Below, piece by piece: positions 11,956-23,409 of a stretch of DNA of 64,000 nucleotides. The notes beneath the pieces are model-generated. The model saw only the letters and a program-made list of their open reading frames with translations, did not search any database and had not been told where the DNA came from. A program made the position numbers and the translations under genes. The DNA is from Macrostomum lignano. Lineage: Eukaryota. The stretch covers positions 246,330 to 310,329 of the forward strand of contig NIVC01000870.1 of the NCBI GenBank assembly GCA_002269645.1, written 5' to 3'. Position 1 is the first letter of the stretch. The number at the start of each line of letters is the position of its first letter.

Positions 11956-12699
11956 ATTTCTATTAGTAAAATGTTTAGTTATAAAATAATAGCTTGTGTA
12001 TGGGATACTTCATTAATCATACTTTCGTAAGTAAAATTTTTACGCAGAAAATTTATCTCATCAATATTTATGATTCAAACTTAAGCACTATATCTCTATT
12101 TAGCGAGGAATATTTTCAATATTTATTGATTATTAAAAGTTGTAATACCAGTGACACGTTAATATAAACAATATATACTTTCTAACAAAAATTGTTGTAC
12201 AGTTGTATCTTTAACCTCTATTATGCAGAATGGATAAAGAATGTTTAAGAAGTTCTCTACCGTCATTTGCACTATTTTTTGTTGTAAACGGAAGCAATGT
12301 AAGCAATGTATATTGGGTGTTAAGTATCCAACTGTAAAACAATTTTGTCTGAATAAAATTTCAGAATAATTTTCACACTACTACTTATTTAGTAGCACTC
12401 ATTGTCTCTGTAAAAATTGAAAATATCTTCTAAAAGTGGTTTCTTGTCTCGTTTATTTTTTTGCGTTTCTTATATGTCTAGCGAATAATTATCCTCTGCA
12501 CTCCAATCCCCTATAAGATTATTTCATAATTCTTTAAGAATCTCCGACAATTCTCAAGTTTCTTTCCCGACTCCCTTTATGATTCTACCCCAACTTCCCA
12601 TTAGATTCTCCGCCAATTCCCTTTAAGAATCTCATCCAATTCCCCTTTAAAATCCCCCAATTTCCCTTTAAGAATCTCTCCTAATTCCCATAAGGAATG

Positions 12700-14010
12700 C
12701 CCTGATTCCCCTTAGGAATCTCCCCTGATTCCCCTTAGGAATCTCTCCTGATTCCCCTTAGGAATCTCCCCTGATTCCCCTTAGGAATCTCCCCTGATTC
12801 CCCTTAGGAATCTCCCCTGATTCCCCTTAGGAATCTCCCCTGATTCCCCTTAGGAATCTCCCCTGATTCCCCTTAGGAATCTCCCCTGATTCCCCTTAAG
12901 AATCTCCCCTGATTCCCCTTAAGAATCTCTCCTGATTCCCCTTAGGAATCTCCCCTGATTCCCCTTAGGAATCTCCCCTGATTCCCCTTAGGAATCTCCC
13001 CTGATTCCCCTTAGGAATCTCTCCTGATTCCCCTTAGGAATCTCCCCTGATTCCCCTTAGGAATCTCTCCTGATTCCCCTTAGGAATCTCCCCTGATTCC
13101 CCTTAGGAATCTCCCATGATTCCCCTTAGGAATCTCTCCTGATTCCCCTTAGGAATCTCCCCTGATTCCCCTTAAGAATCTCCCCTGATTCCCCTTAAGA
13201 ATCTCTCCTGATTCCCCTTAGGAATCTCCCCTGATTCCCCTTAGGAATCTCCCCTGATTCCCCTTAGGAATCTCCCCTGATTCCCCTTAGGAATCTCTCC
13301 TGATTCCCCTTAGGAATCTCCCCTGATTCCCCTTAGGAATCTCTCCTGATTCCCCTTAGGAATCTCCCCTGATTCCCCTTAGGAATCTCCCATGATTCCC
13401 CTTAGGAATCTCTCCTGATTCCCCTTAGGAATCTCCCCTGATTCCCCTTAGGAATCTCCCCTGATTCCCCTTAGGAATCTCTCCTGATTCCCCTTAGGAA
13501 TCTCCCCTGATTCCCCTTAGGAATCTCTCCTGATTCCCCTTAGGAATCTCCCCTGATTCCCCTTAGGAATCTCCCATGATTCCCCTTAGGAATCTCTCCT
13601 GATTCCCCTTAGGAATCTCCCCTGATTCCCCTTAGGAATCTCTCCTGATTCCCCTTAGGAATCTCCCCTGATTCCCCTTAGAAATCTCCCCTGATTCCCC
13701 TTAGGAATCTCTCCTGATTCCCCTTAGGAATCTCCCCTGATTCCCCTTAGGAATCTCCCCTGATTCCCCTTAGGAATCTCCCCTGATTCCCCTTAGGAAT
13801 CTCCCCTGATTCCCCTTAGGAATCTCTCCTGATTCCCCTTAGGAATCTCCCCTGATTCCCCTTAGGAATCTCCCCTGATTCCCCTTAGGAATCTCCCCTG
13901 ATTCCCCTTAGGAATCTCCCCTGATTCCCCTTAGGAATCTCCCATGATTCCCCTTAGGAATCTCCCCTGATTCCCCTTAGGAATCTCCACTGATTCCCCT
14001 TAGGAATCTC
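12700..14010 (+). repeat. 23-bp minisatellite CCCCTGATTCCCCTTAGGAATCT
   Basis: About 57 highly homogeneous units. Confidence 0.95.
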
Positions 14011-14117
14011 CCCCAACTTTGCGTCATTCATGGAGTTACCGATGGTGAAATTATATTATACTGTTATACATGTAATTGTGTATTCCAGCACTGAAGCAGG
14101 CCACCCAGCAGCCAAGC

Positions 14118-14972
14118 ATGGAGAAGATCAACATGTCCCTAGACGATATTATCAAGGCTAATAAAAAGCGTCCGAATTCGGCCAGAGGCAATTCCGCCGC
14201 TGGTCGGCGCGGCAGAGCCGGCGGGCGCGGCGGCGGCGGCGCCAGGGGTCGGGGAGGCGCTAATAGTCGCAGGCGCGGAGGTGGCGCCAATAACGCGCCT
14301 CCCCCGCGGCGCAACACCGTGGCGCCGATTCGTAGCGGCGGCGGGGTGGCCAAACGGTCGAGAAATATCCGCGGAAGAGGAGGCGGCGGCGCCGGACGCG
14401 GTGGCAGCTCGGCCGTGGCGAAGCTCGCCGCCCAATCGTTGAATCGGGCCAAGAAGCTTCAGCTCCTGCGTCGTCAGCGTCAGAGTCAGAGTGGCGCCGG
14501 CGTCAGAAGTGGCGCCAGTCGAGGTCGCGGTGGCGCCGCTGCCACCGCCGGAGCCTCCGCTAGCCCGCGCCGCTCCTTCGGAGGCGTTGCAAAGCCCAAT
14601 AAGACACCCGCATCCTCAGTGGGCATGGTTCGGGTCCGAGTTTCAAATGACAGGTTCGACAACAATAACGGCGGCAACAAAGACCGGCGCAGTCTGGAGC
14701 GAACCTACCTGATGCAGGCCAGGGCGCTGATTCAGGCGCAAAAGGAGGCGGCTGCGGCCAACGCCTCTGCAGCGGCTGCTGGGTCCGCCACGGCGGCTGC
14801 GTTTCGCTCGTTAGCCGGAGGCAGCGGCCGCGGTGGCTACCAGTTTGCTAGCCGCGGCGGCAGGAATAATCCTCAGAATGGAGGATTCCGCCGAGGCAGA
14901 GGCTTCGGTAGCGGCGGCCGCGGTGGAGGACGCCGCGGTGGTCGTCGCGGAGGCTGGGGCGGCTACCGCTGA
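14118..14972 (+). CDS. RGG-rich protein with N-terminal UAP56-binding motif (UIF/FYTTD1- or ALYREF-like, no RRM), copy A, 284 aa
   Basis: MEKINMSLDDIIKANKKR matches the DMSLDDII UBM of mRNA export adaptors. Many RGG/GRG motifs. The same 284-aa length is kept in copy B. A 3' splice acceptor TGTATTCCAG lies about 30 bp upstream of the ATG. Confidence 0.8.
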   Translation: MEKINMSLDDIIKANKKRPNSARGNSAAGRRGRAGGRGGGGARGRGGANSRRRGGGANNAPPPRRNTVAPIRSGGGVAKRSRNIRGRGGGGAGRGGSSAVAKLAAQSLNRAKKLQLLRRQRQSQSGAGVRSGASRGRGGAAATAGASASPRRSFGGVAKPNKTPASSVGMVRVRVSNDRFDNNNGGNKDRRSLERTYLMQARALIQAQKEAAAANASAAAAGSATAAAFRSLAGGSGRGGYQFASRGGRNNPQNGGFRRGRGFGSGGRGGGRRGGRRGGWGGYR

Positions 14973-15044
14973 TGTTTGACTCGGTGGGGTGGGTTTGAAT
15001 TTTACAAGTTTGGGGGAGTTCGTGTCCCCAGATGTAATCTGAAC

Positions 15045-15920
15045 CATAATTGGCGTCCCAATAATCTCCTCCGTAATTAGTGTTCCAATAATCCCCTCCG
15101 TAATTAGTGTTCCAATAATCCCCATCAAAATTAGTGTCCCAATAATCTCCATCATAATTAGTGTCCCAATAATCCCCATCAAAATAAGTGGCCCGATAAT
15201 CTCCATCATAATTAGTGTCCCAAAAAGTCCCCATCATAATTAGTGTCCCAATAATCCACATCATAATTGGTGTCCCAATAATCCCCATCATAATTGGTGT
15301 CCCAATAATCCCCATCATAATTGGTGTCCCAATAATCCCCATCATAATTGGTGCCCCAATAATCCCCATCATAATTAGTGTCCCAATAATCCCCATCATA
15401 ACTAGGGTCCCAATAATCCCCATCATAATTAGTGTCCCAATAATCCCCTCCATAATTGGTGTCCCAATAATCCCCTCCATAATTGGTGTCCCAATAATCC
15501 CCATCATAATTAGTGTCCCAATAATCCCCATCATAATTAGGGTCCCAATAATCCCCATCATAATTAGTGTCCCAATAATCCCCATCATAATTAGGGTCCC
15601 AATAGTCCCCATCATAATTGGTGTCCCAATAATCCCCATCATAATTAGTGTCCCAATAATCCCCATCATAATTAGTGTCCCAATAATCCCCATCATAATT
15701 AGGGTCCCAATAATCCCCATCATAATTGGTGTCCCAATAATCTCCATCATAATTAGGGTCCCAATAGTCCCCATCATAATTGGTGTCCCAATAATCCCCA
15801 TCATAATTAGTGTCCCAATAATCCCCATCATAATTAGTGTCCCAATAATCCCCATCATAATTAGTGTCCCAATAATCCCCATCATAATTGGTGTCCCAAT
15901 AATCCCCATCATAGTTGGTG
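15045..15920 (+). repeat. 27-bp minisatellite GTGTCCCAATAATCCCCATCATAATT(A/G)
   Basis: About 32 units directly downstream of the UBM gene. Confidence 0.95.
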
Positions 15921-16842
15921 TAATCCACCTTCAAGAACGTCTCTCTTAACTAAATAACTCAACCTCAAGTTACCTGTCAACCTGTCAATTATAGGTTTAA
16001 AATTGTTTGTTAGTTTAAAAAACGTGAATCAAATTGGATAAATTCCATCACAGCATCAGCAACTATACTTACTTTATTTAATTGCCCGTAACGAATCGCT
16101 GTTTTTAGCTGCTTTTTTACTTTTACTTCTTTTGCCAATTAATTTTAACTGGGCATTGTGATTTTTCAACACGTTGTTTAATACGCGTCAAAATTGGAAA
16201 ACTACTAACTAAGTAGTTAATCTGTGCCCAGTTAAATTAATTCGATATATATTTGTGTAAATGTGCACCCCGACCAGGCCAGGGCTTAAGGCAGCCTACC
16301 GTAGCTCATAAATAATTCATTTTCAAAGTACAAATGTTGATACTTCATATTGGTTGCTTGGGTTTCCTCGACGGGTTCGATTGAGTGATTGAATTATCAT
16401 TATTTATGATTTATTGCTGTGTGCCATAGTTGCAGGTCATATATGTCTGTTTAATTTGCGTGTGTTACATGCACTGTTGTACATAAACTGAGTTTGTTTC
16501 TTCATTTTTAGGTTAATTGATTGATTGATTTGTGTCACTTTTTTAGCTATCTGTTTTCTCGTCCATCTCATTTTCTGTAACTGCGCGCTGCACTGTCTGA
16601 TAATAATATAATTCAGCTTTATAAACACTTCGGCACTACTATGAGTAATTGGAGTCGCATCCAATCTTTCTGAAGTCTTTTATTATCATTTCTTTAAGTT
16701 GCTGCCGCTGCTGCCAAACTGCCGTAAGGAATGCGGCAGGTATATGTTATACCTGCTGTCAATATCCACAGCATACCGCAGGTTCGATGTATAATAACAG
16801 CTTCAGGTAGGCTTGTGTCTTCAGGTTTTTGTATTTGCACTG

Positions 16843-16970
16843 TCTGCCTGCCTGTCTGTCTGTCTGTCTCTATCTGTTTGTCTGTCTGTCTGTCTGTGTG
16901 TCTGTCTCTCTGTGTGTCTGTCTGTCTCTCTGTTTGTCTGTCTGTCTGTCTGTGTGTCTGTCTCTCTGTG

Positions 16971-17009
<39 letters not shown>

Positions 17010-17026
17010 GTGTCTGTCTCTCTGTG

Positions 17027-17064
<38 letters not shown>

Positions 17065-17123
17065 CCTGTCTGTCTGTCTGCCTGTCTGTCTGCCTGTCTG
17101 TCTGCCTGTCTGTCTGTCTGTCT
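16843..17123 (+). repeat. (CTGT)n/(GT)n compound microsatellite
   Basis: Seen directly. Confidence 0.95.
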
Positions 17124-17789
17124 TCAGGCGAAATAAGTCACAGAGCGAGCAAAAGAGAGCAGCGTTTTAAAAAGAACAGACATTAGAAAAAAACAGATGG
17201 CTTTCGGTTTGAATTCACAAAAAGTTTTTATTTGGGGTCTTACGCATGCAAAAATTTCGTACTTATGCAAGAAATATTAAAAAGCTGAACAGCACCTGCC
17301 ATGCTGTGTGCGAGTACATCGGTAAGGTCGGTACCGAAGATAAATAATAAAGACATGCAACGAGCTGACAGAAAATCAATGCAATTTGAAATGCAAAGCA
17401 GAAAAAGGCTTTAAAGAAATTGAAAAAATGAGAGGCTACAAGCTGGTGGTAAGATGCCGAGCAACAAAAGAAGACCAGAAAAAAATGAAAAAAAAAAACT
17501 CTTGAAAACCCCAATTTCAACGCTTGGGACCTGATGCTCTTCCGCGCCTTGAACGATATCTATAATGATCTTTGAAAAAGTCCTGGTTAATCCGTTGAAT
17601 GCATCTTGGTGCAAGACTCATGGGATTCTCTCTAAACTGTTTAATGAACTATAATAAACTCTCACAACTTTCAAACAAACAGTTTCATAGTCCTCCAATA
17701 AACTATATACTCTTAAGCCACCCATAAACTGTTTAAACATACCTACATAAAATATTTAACCTACCTCTAAAAAACTATTGAACCAACCT

Positions 17790-18065
17790 CTCATAAACTG
17801 TTTTAAACAACCTGTCATAAACTGTTTAACCAGTCTCTCATAAACTGTTTGAACAAACTCATGTTTAACCAACCTCTCATAGACTGTTTAACCAACCTCT
17901 CATAAACTGTTTAACCAACCTCTCATAAACTGTTTAACCAACCTGTCATAAACTGTTTAATCAACCTCTCATAAACAGTTTAACTAACCTGTCATAAACT
18001 GTTTAACCAACCTCTCATAAACTGTTTAACCAACCTGTCATAAACTGTTTAACCAACCTGTCATA
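17790..18065 (+). repeat. 23-bp minisatellite AACTGTTTAACCAACCT(C/G)TCATA
   Basis: About 12 units with degenerate flanking units. Confidence 0.9.
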
Positions 18066-18295
18066 AACTCTTATAAGAATCTTTAAGCATTTCCATAAAC
18101 AACGTTTTTAACAAACTCTCAAAAACTATTTATAAACCAATAAACACCCATTATAAACTTCGTAGGAAGTTCCCATAAACAATTTAGAAATCCCCAATGA
18201 ACAGTCGATAGGAAATTCCTCACAAACAGTATTTAAGAATCCTCATTGTCAACACAAACAACACAGTTGTAAAGTCGGTCCATTTCTCACAGTCC

Positions 18296-21200
18296 CTAGT
18301 TGCCAGCGCTGGGACTCCTGGCCGCCAGCGACCTTCGCTTGGTCTTCACCAGATCAGCGATGGACACGTCTAGCGACGCTTGCGAATCCCCGGCGCCCGC
18401 CGCCGCCGCCGCAGACAACCCGTCGAATCCGCCGTCGCCATCGGCGCCGACAATCGAATCTTGACTCCGACGCTTTCTCGAATTACCCACGCCGCTACAG
18501 CTACTACTGATGCTACTGTTAGTAGCAACCAGCGCTGCGTGCTCTTTATTGTCGCTAGACGAAGGAGTCGGCTGCTGCTGTTTCTTGAAGCCGATCGACC
18601 GACGCAAGCCCGGCTGTCGGACGCCGCTGCCGCCGGCAATCTGACGCGTCAATGTCGGACTATCGACAAATCTGTGCCGCTGCAGCAGGGATTGGTTTCT
18701 ATTAGAAGAGGCTGGCGTGGTTGGCATGGCAACGGGGTCCAGGTCGGGCAGGCCAAGGCCCAGCTGGCCAGACAGAAACTCCCGAGCCCTGCTTATCAGA
18801 GTCGATGAAGAGTTCAAAGCGGAGCGGAACGAGCTGGGCAGGTCGGCCGGGTTCAAGGCTGACAGGTCGCTCAGATCGGTGAAGTGCAGCAGCGGCAGGC
18901 CGGGCAGCACCTCGGCGCCGGTTGAGCGGCGCTGGAGGAGAAACATTGAGTTGCTGAGCTGACAGGGCATGGGAGGCAGAGGGGAACAGAGGGAGAGACA
19001 CCCAGTGCCCAGGAAATATTTGGGTAGATTGCCGATTTTCCATAGTCTATCGGTATACTTATTCATCAGGGCTGACAACAGGGAGAGGGGGAGAGGGGAT
19101 AGGGCACAGAGACTAGAATAACTAGATTGGCCACTCAGGCATATATACTTAGCAAAACAGCTGTTTTTCTAAGAGTACTTCAGTCCTGTAGCAATGAAGA
19201 ATACATAGGCTAGTCATATTTTATAATAATAAAGGCAGCTGAAATGACATTGATAAGCTTAGAAGCCCAAGCTTGCAGGCGCGTAAACAGCTTGCTAATT
19301 GGTTCAGTCATAATGTACATTGGCCACTGAAATGTACATGGCAGATTTAGGCTGGAACAACCGAGGAAGGTAATAAAAATTGGGTGGCGGGGCGGGGGTA
19401 GAGGGTGAGAGGGGAGATGGGGAGAGGGGAGAGGGTGAGACGGCGAGGGTAAGAGGAGGGTGAGAGGAGGGTGAGGGGGGGAGGGGAGGTTGAGAGGGTG
19501 AGAGGGGAGATGGTGAGAAGGGAGAGGGTGAGAGGGCGAGGGTAAGAGGAGGGTGAGAGGGCGAGGGTAAGAGGAGGGTGAGAGGAGGGTGAGGGGGGTG
19601 AGAGGAGAGAGGGGAGAGAGGCAGTAGGAACCGCAGGCCCATCAGCAGCCCCACCTGCAGGTTGAAGGCGGCAAGCGGTCTGCCCGTGAGCGCCAGTCCC
19701 GCCAGCCCCAGACTGGCCAGGCCAGCCCAGACCCGGACACAGACGAGGCCGGCGCTGCCGCAGTCGCCGTCGCCGTCGCAACGCTCCGGATCGGCCAGCA
19801 CCGCCATCATTTGGCCGTCGTCCCACACGGCGACAAGCAGGCCGCGGAGGTCTAATTCGTTGTTGTCGATGATTGCGGCGGCGTGCTGCGCCGGCGGCAA
19901 GGGCAGGCGGAGGAAACTGCGAGGTCGGTGCCGCGTCAGGATGAGGTCGGCGCGCTGCCCGAGCTCCAGGGGTCGGATAAGGCCGCCGCGGCTGAGGTTC
20001 AGAGACATCTGCGTGTCCGGGTGATGGCAACGAATAAGAGATTTCCTGTTGGAGACTTAGCTGGGATCTGTGAGAGATAAACGACTCCCTTATAACACCA
20101 TGGCCCTATGAGCGATTCTCTTATAACACCATGGCCCTATGAGCGATTCTGTTATAACAAAATGATTCTATGAATGATTCTCTTAATAGTACAATGACCC
20201 TATGAGCGATTGCTTTATAACATCATGACCCTATGAGGGATTTTATTATAAAACCTTGACACTATGAGCGATTTCCTAGAAACACGATGACCCTACGAGC
20301 GATTCAACATACCATTATGGCTCAATGAGCGAGTTCCTCACCAACCCCCCCCCCCGACAAAATCGCACCCGATGCCCGCCGGAAGCAGCGGATCCCACAT
20401 TCGCTCCGAGCACCAGCAGGCCGCAGCCCTCGCGCAGCCAGGACTCGGCGCCCTCCTCCGGGTTCCACACAGTCAGGGTGGCCACGGCGCCTTCGTCCAA
20501 GTCGGCGTCCTCGGTGCCGATGACCAGCAGGCGAACCAGCGGCGTCACCTGACGCTGCTGGACGAGCGGCGGCAGCAGCTGCTCCCGGTGCCGAGTCAGG
20601 ACGTCTCGCTGACGCTCCGTCAGCCAGGCCTGTAGTTCATCCGCGTTGAGGGCGGAGCGCAGGGCGGCCTGAAGCTCCTCGCCGGTGCTCAGCTGAGACA
20701 CTTCATCAGGCTGGTAGAGACGGCCGCGCTGCTGCGGGGGCTTGGAGCCCAGCTGAAATTGGGATGCGGGAGGCTGGGATGTGGGAGTCTGGCCCAGCAA
20801 CTGGGGATCTGGGAGTCTGGCCCAGCAACTGGGGATCTGGGAGTCTGGCCCAGCAACTGGGGATCTGGGAGGCTGGCGGCCCAGCAACTGAGGATCTGGG
20901 GCTGGTCCAGCAACTGGGGATCTGGGAGTCTGGCCCAGCAACTGAGTATCTGGGAGGCTGGCCCAGCAACTGGGGATCTGGGAGGCTGGCGGCCCAGCAA
21001 CTGAGGATCTGGGAGGCTGGCCCAGCAACTGGGGATCTGGGAGGCTGGCCCAGCAACTGGGGATCTGGGAGTCTGGCCCAGCAACTGAGTATCTGGGAGG
21101 CTGGCCCAGCAACTGGGGATCTGGGAGGCTGGCGGCCCAGCAACTGAGGATCTGGGAGGCTGGCCCAGCAACTGGGGATCTGGGAGGCTGGCCCAGCAAC

Positions 21201-23255
21201 TGAGTATCTGGGAGGCTGGCCCAGCAACTGGGGATCTGGGAGACTGGCGGCCCAGCAACTGGGGATCTGGGAGGCTGGTCCAGCAACTGGGGATCTGGGA
21301 GACTGGCCCAGCAACTGAGTATCTGGGAGGCTGGCCCAGCAACTGGGGATCTGGGAGGCTGGCGGCCCAGCAACTGAGGATCTGGGAGGCTGGCCCAGCA
21401 ACTGGGGATCTGGGAGGCTGGCCCAGCAACTGGGGATCTGGGAGTCTGGCCCAGCAACTGAGTATCTGGGAGGCTGGCCCAGCAACTGGGGATCTGGGAG
21501 GCTGGCGGCCCAGCAACTGAGGATCTGGGAGGCTGGCCCAGCAACTGGGGATCTGGGAGGCTGGCCCAGCAACTGAGTATCTGGGAGGCTGGCCCAGCAA
21601 CTGGGGATCTGGGAGACTGGCGGCCCAGCAACTGGGGATCTGGGAGGCTGGTCCAGCAACTGGGGATCTGGGAGACTGGCGGCCCAGCAACTGGGGATCT
21701 GGGAGGCTGGCGGCCCAGCAACTGAGGATCTGGGAGGCTGGTCCAGCAACTGGGGATCTGGGAGTCTGGTCCAGCAACTGGGGATCTGGGAGTCTGGTCC
21801 AGCAACTGGGGATCTGGGAGACTGGCGGCCCAGCAACTGGGGATCTGGGAGGCTGGCGGCCCAACAACTGGAAGCAGCCACCAACCTGGTCCTCCACAGC
21901 TTCCTCCATTCGCCGGCGGGCCTCAGCCTCGAACTCCCTGGCCCGTCGGTCCTCGGCTCGAGCCCCGCGGAACACCCTGGCGTCGCTGCCAGGGCTGCGC
22001 TCCATGAACTGCCGGGGGTACCGCCGGCTGACGAACAGGTGCAGAGCGCCAGCCTTGCCGCCGTCGGGCCGCAGTGAGCTGAGCGACACCGGCATCGGCG
22101 AGGCGTCGGCGAAGCCCAGCCGGACTCGTCGGTTGGCAACGCAGCGTCGGGTGCTGTTGCCATGGAGACGGAGAGCGGCGCTGGCCGGCGCTTCCAGCGG
22201 CTGGCAGGCCTCAGAGCAGCCAATCAGTTCAGCCTGGCAGGTGAGCAGCCGGGTGCCCGGTTTGATGAGGCCGGCGGAGGCTGCGCGGCACAGCAGGGGA
22301 TCCAGCTGTGCGCCGATGCAGTACCAGCCGTCCGTGAGGGTCACCTAAATCGGGAAACTAATTAATGCGTCAAATGAGCACACGCTGCTTATAAACTACT
22401 GACCAACAGTAGCAAGTGGTAAATAGTATAGGCAGAGAAAAATGCTGGCGAGACAATTGTCAGACGGCCAGACACAGACAGGTAGAGGGGAGACACAGAC
22501 AGGTAGAGGGGAGACACAGACAGGTAGAGGGGAGACACAGACAGGTAGAGGAGAGACACAGACAGGTAGAGTGGCCACACAGACAGGTAGAGGGGAGGCA
22601 CAGACCGGTAGAGGGGAGACACAGACAGGTAGAGGGGAGACACAGACAGGTAGAGGGGAGACACAGACCGGTAGAGGGGAGACACAGACAGGTAGAGTGG
22701 CGACACAGACAGGTAGAGGGGAGACACAGACAGGTAGAGGAGAGACACAGACAGGTAGAGTGGCCACACAGACAGGTAGAGGGGAGGCACAGACCGGTAG
22801 AGGGGAGACACAGACAGGTAGAGTGGCGACACAGACAGGTAGAGGGGAGACACAGACAGGTAGAGGAGAGACACAGACAGGTAGAGGGGAGATACAGACA
22901 GGTAGAGGGGAGACACAGACAGGTAGAGGGGAGACACAGACAGGTAGAGGGGAGACACAGACAGGTAGAGGGGAGACACAGACAGGTAGAGTGGCGACAC
23001 AGACAGGTAAAATGGAGGGGAGGATACACACAGTCTGACAGGGCAATGGCAGCAAGGATTGAATAGAAGCCGGGAGTTTCCTAATAAAATGCAAAGCCAG
23101 CAAAGTGAACCTTGAGCTGCTGCTGCTGCTGTTGCACCGGCTGCTTTCCAGTCTCTGTTCTGTCCGAGTTGCTGCTCCATCGCAGACTGACCACCTGCAG
23201 TGCTAGACGCGAGCTGGGCGGAGAGTCGCGCTCGAGAATTCGACGAATGCAGGGT
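18296..23255 (-). CDS. BRCA2: BRCA2 C-terminal DNA-binding domain (OB1, Tower, OB2, OB3, C-terminal tail), copy A; 5' exons not found
   Basis: Five exons splice in frame with GT-AG: 23255-23111 (PCIRRILERDSPPSSRLALQVV), 22344-21886 (VTLTDGWY...ELIGCSEACQPLE...HGNSTRR...RRYPRQFMER), 20752-20342 (RQVTPLVRLLV...LTVWNP...LREG), 20008-19655 (NELDLRGLLVAV...VRVWAGL...AAFNLQ) and 18931-18296 (LPLLHFTDLS...stop). Motifs match BRCA2 OB folds. No helical domain or BRC repeats found in the window. Confidence 0.9.
19400..19620 (-). repeat. Purine-rich (GAGGGTGAGAG-type) repeat, pyrimidine-rich on the BRCA2 sense strand, intronic
   Basis: Seen directly, inside intron 18932-19654. Confidence 0.85.
20090..20305. 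repeat. Degenerate 31-bp minisatellite (CCATGACCCTATGAGCGATT...) in a BRCA2 intron
   Basis: About 7 degenerate units; expanded in copy B at 57735-58262. Confidence 0.85.
20765..21870 (-). repeat. 28/31-bp CCCAGATCCCCAGTTGCTGGG minisatellite filling a BRCA2 intron (reverse orientation)
   Basis: Same family as the BIR arrays, read on the minus strand, between exon boundaries 21886 and 20752. Confidence 0.95.
22480..23010 (-). repeat. 21-bp minisatellite GAGACACAGACAGGTAGAGGG in a BRCA2 intron
   Basis: About 25 units. Confidence 0.95.
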
Positions 23256-23409
23256 CTGGTTGATGGAGGAATAAGCAGTAATATCTTGGTTCATTTTGTT
23301 GAGCCGAAATCGAATTTTTATCTTGTTCGAGCAAGACTCTGTGCTAATTTGTCCCTAAGTACGCATTGTTCGCTAATAACATTTTCAGCTTTCAGACAAT
23401 TATAAAGCA

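Noticed and set aside
9584-11966. Long ORFs of PDPQLLGHQPPRSPVAGPPASQIPSCW repeats (also 20315-22344, 47250-48998, 58233-59815)
   Set aside because: Translations of stop-poor minisatellites lying between clear donor and acceptor sites. Removing them joins BIR and BRCA2 exons in frame.
12700-14010. Regular repeat arrays as possible CRISPR arrays
   Set aside because: Head-to-tail units with no unique spacers, no cas genes, and a eukaryotic context.
14051-14712. Antisense and alternate-frame ORFs over the GC-rich genes (also over BRCA2, NLR, Sola2 and RepHel)
   Set aside because: Shadow ORFs expected from GC-rich or long coding sequence; motifs and synonymous changes support only the called frames.
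15212-15934. Tyr/Asp/Gly-rich (NYDGDYWDT)n ORF resembling an eggshell or adhesive protein (also 52025-52342)
   Set aside because: Starts at TTG, has no signal peptide, several other frames of the same 27-bp repeat are equally open, and length differs about twofold between copies.
16731-17186. Cys/Val/Leu/Ser-rich ORFs (also 53143-54468) and RQVEGRH / QTGRGET ORFs at 22416-23066
   Set aside because: Micro- and minisatellite translations.
17260-17600. Coding-looking Lys/Glu-rich stretch (also 54540-54860)
   Set aside because: Stops and frame breaks at the same places in both copies, and no recognisable motif.
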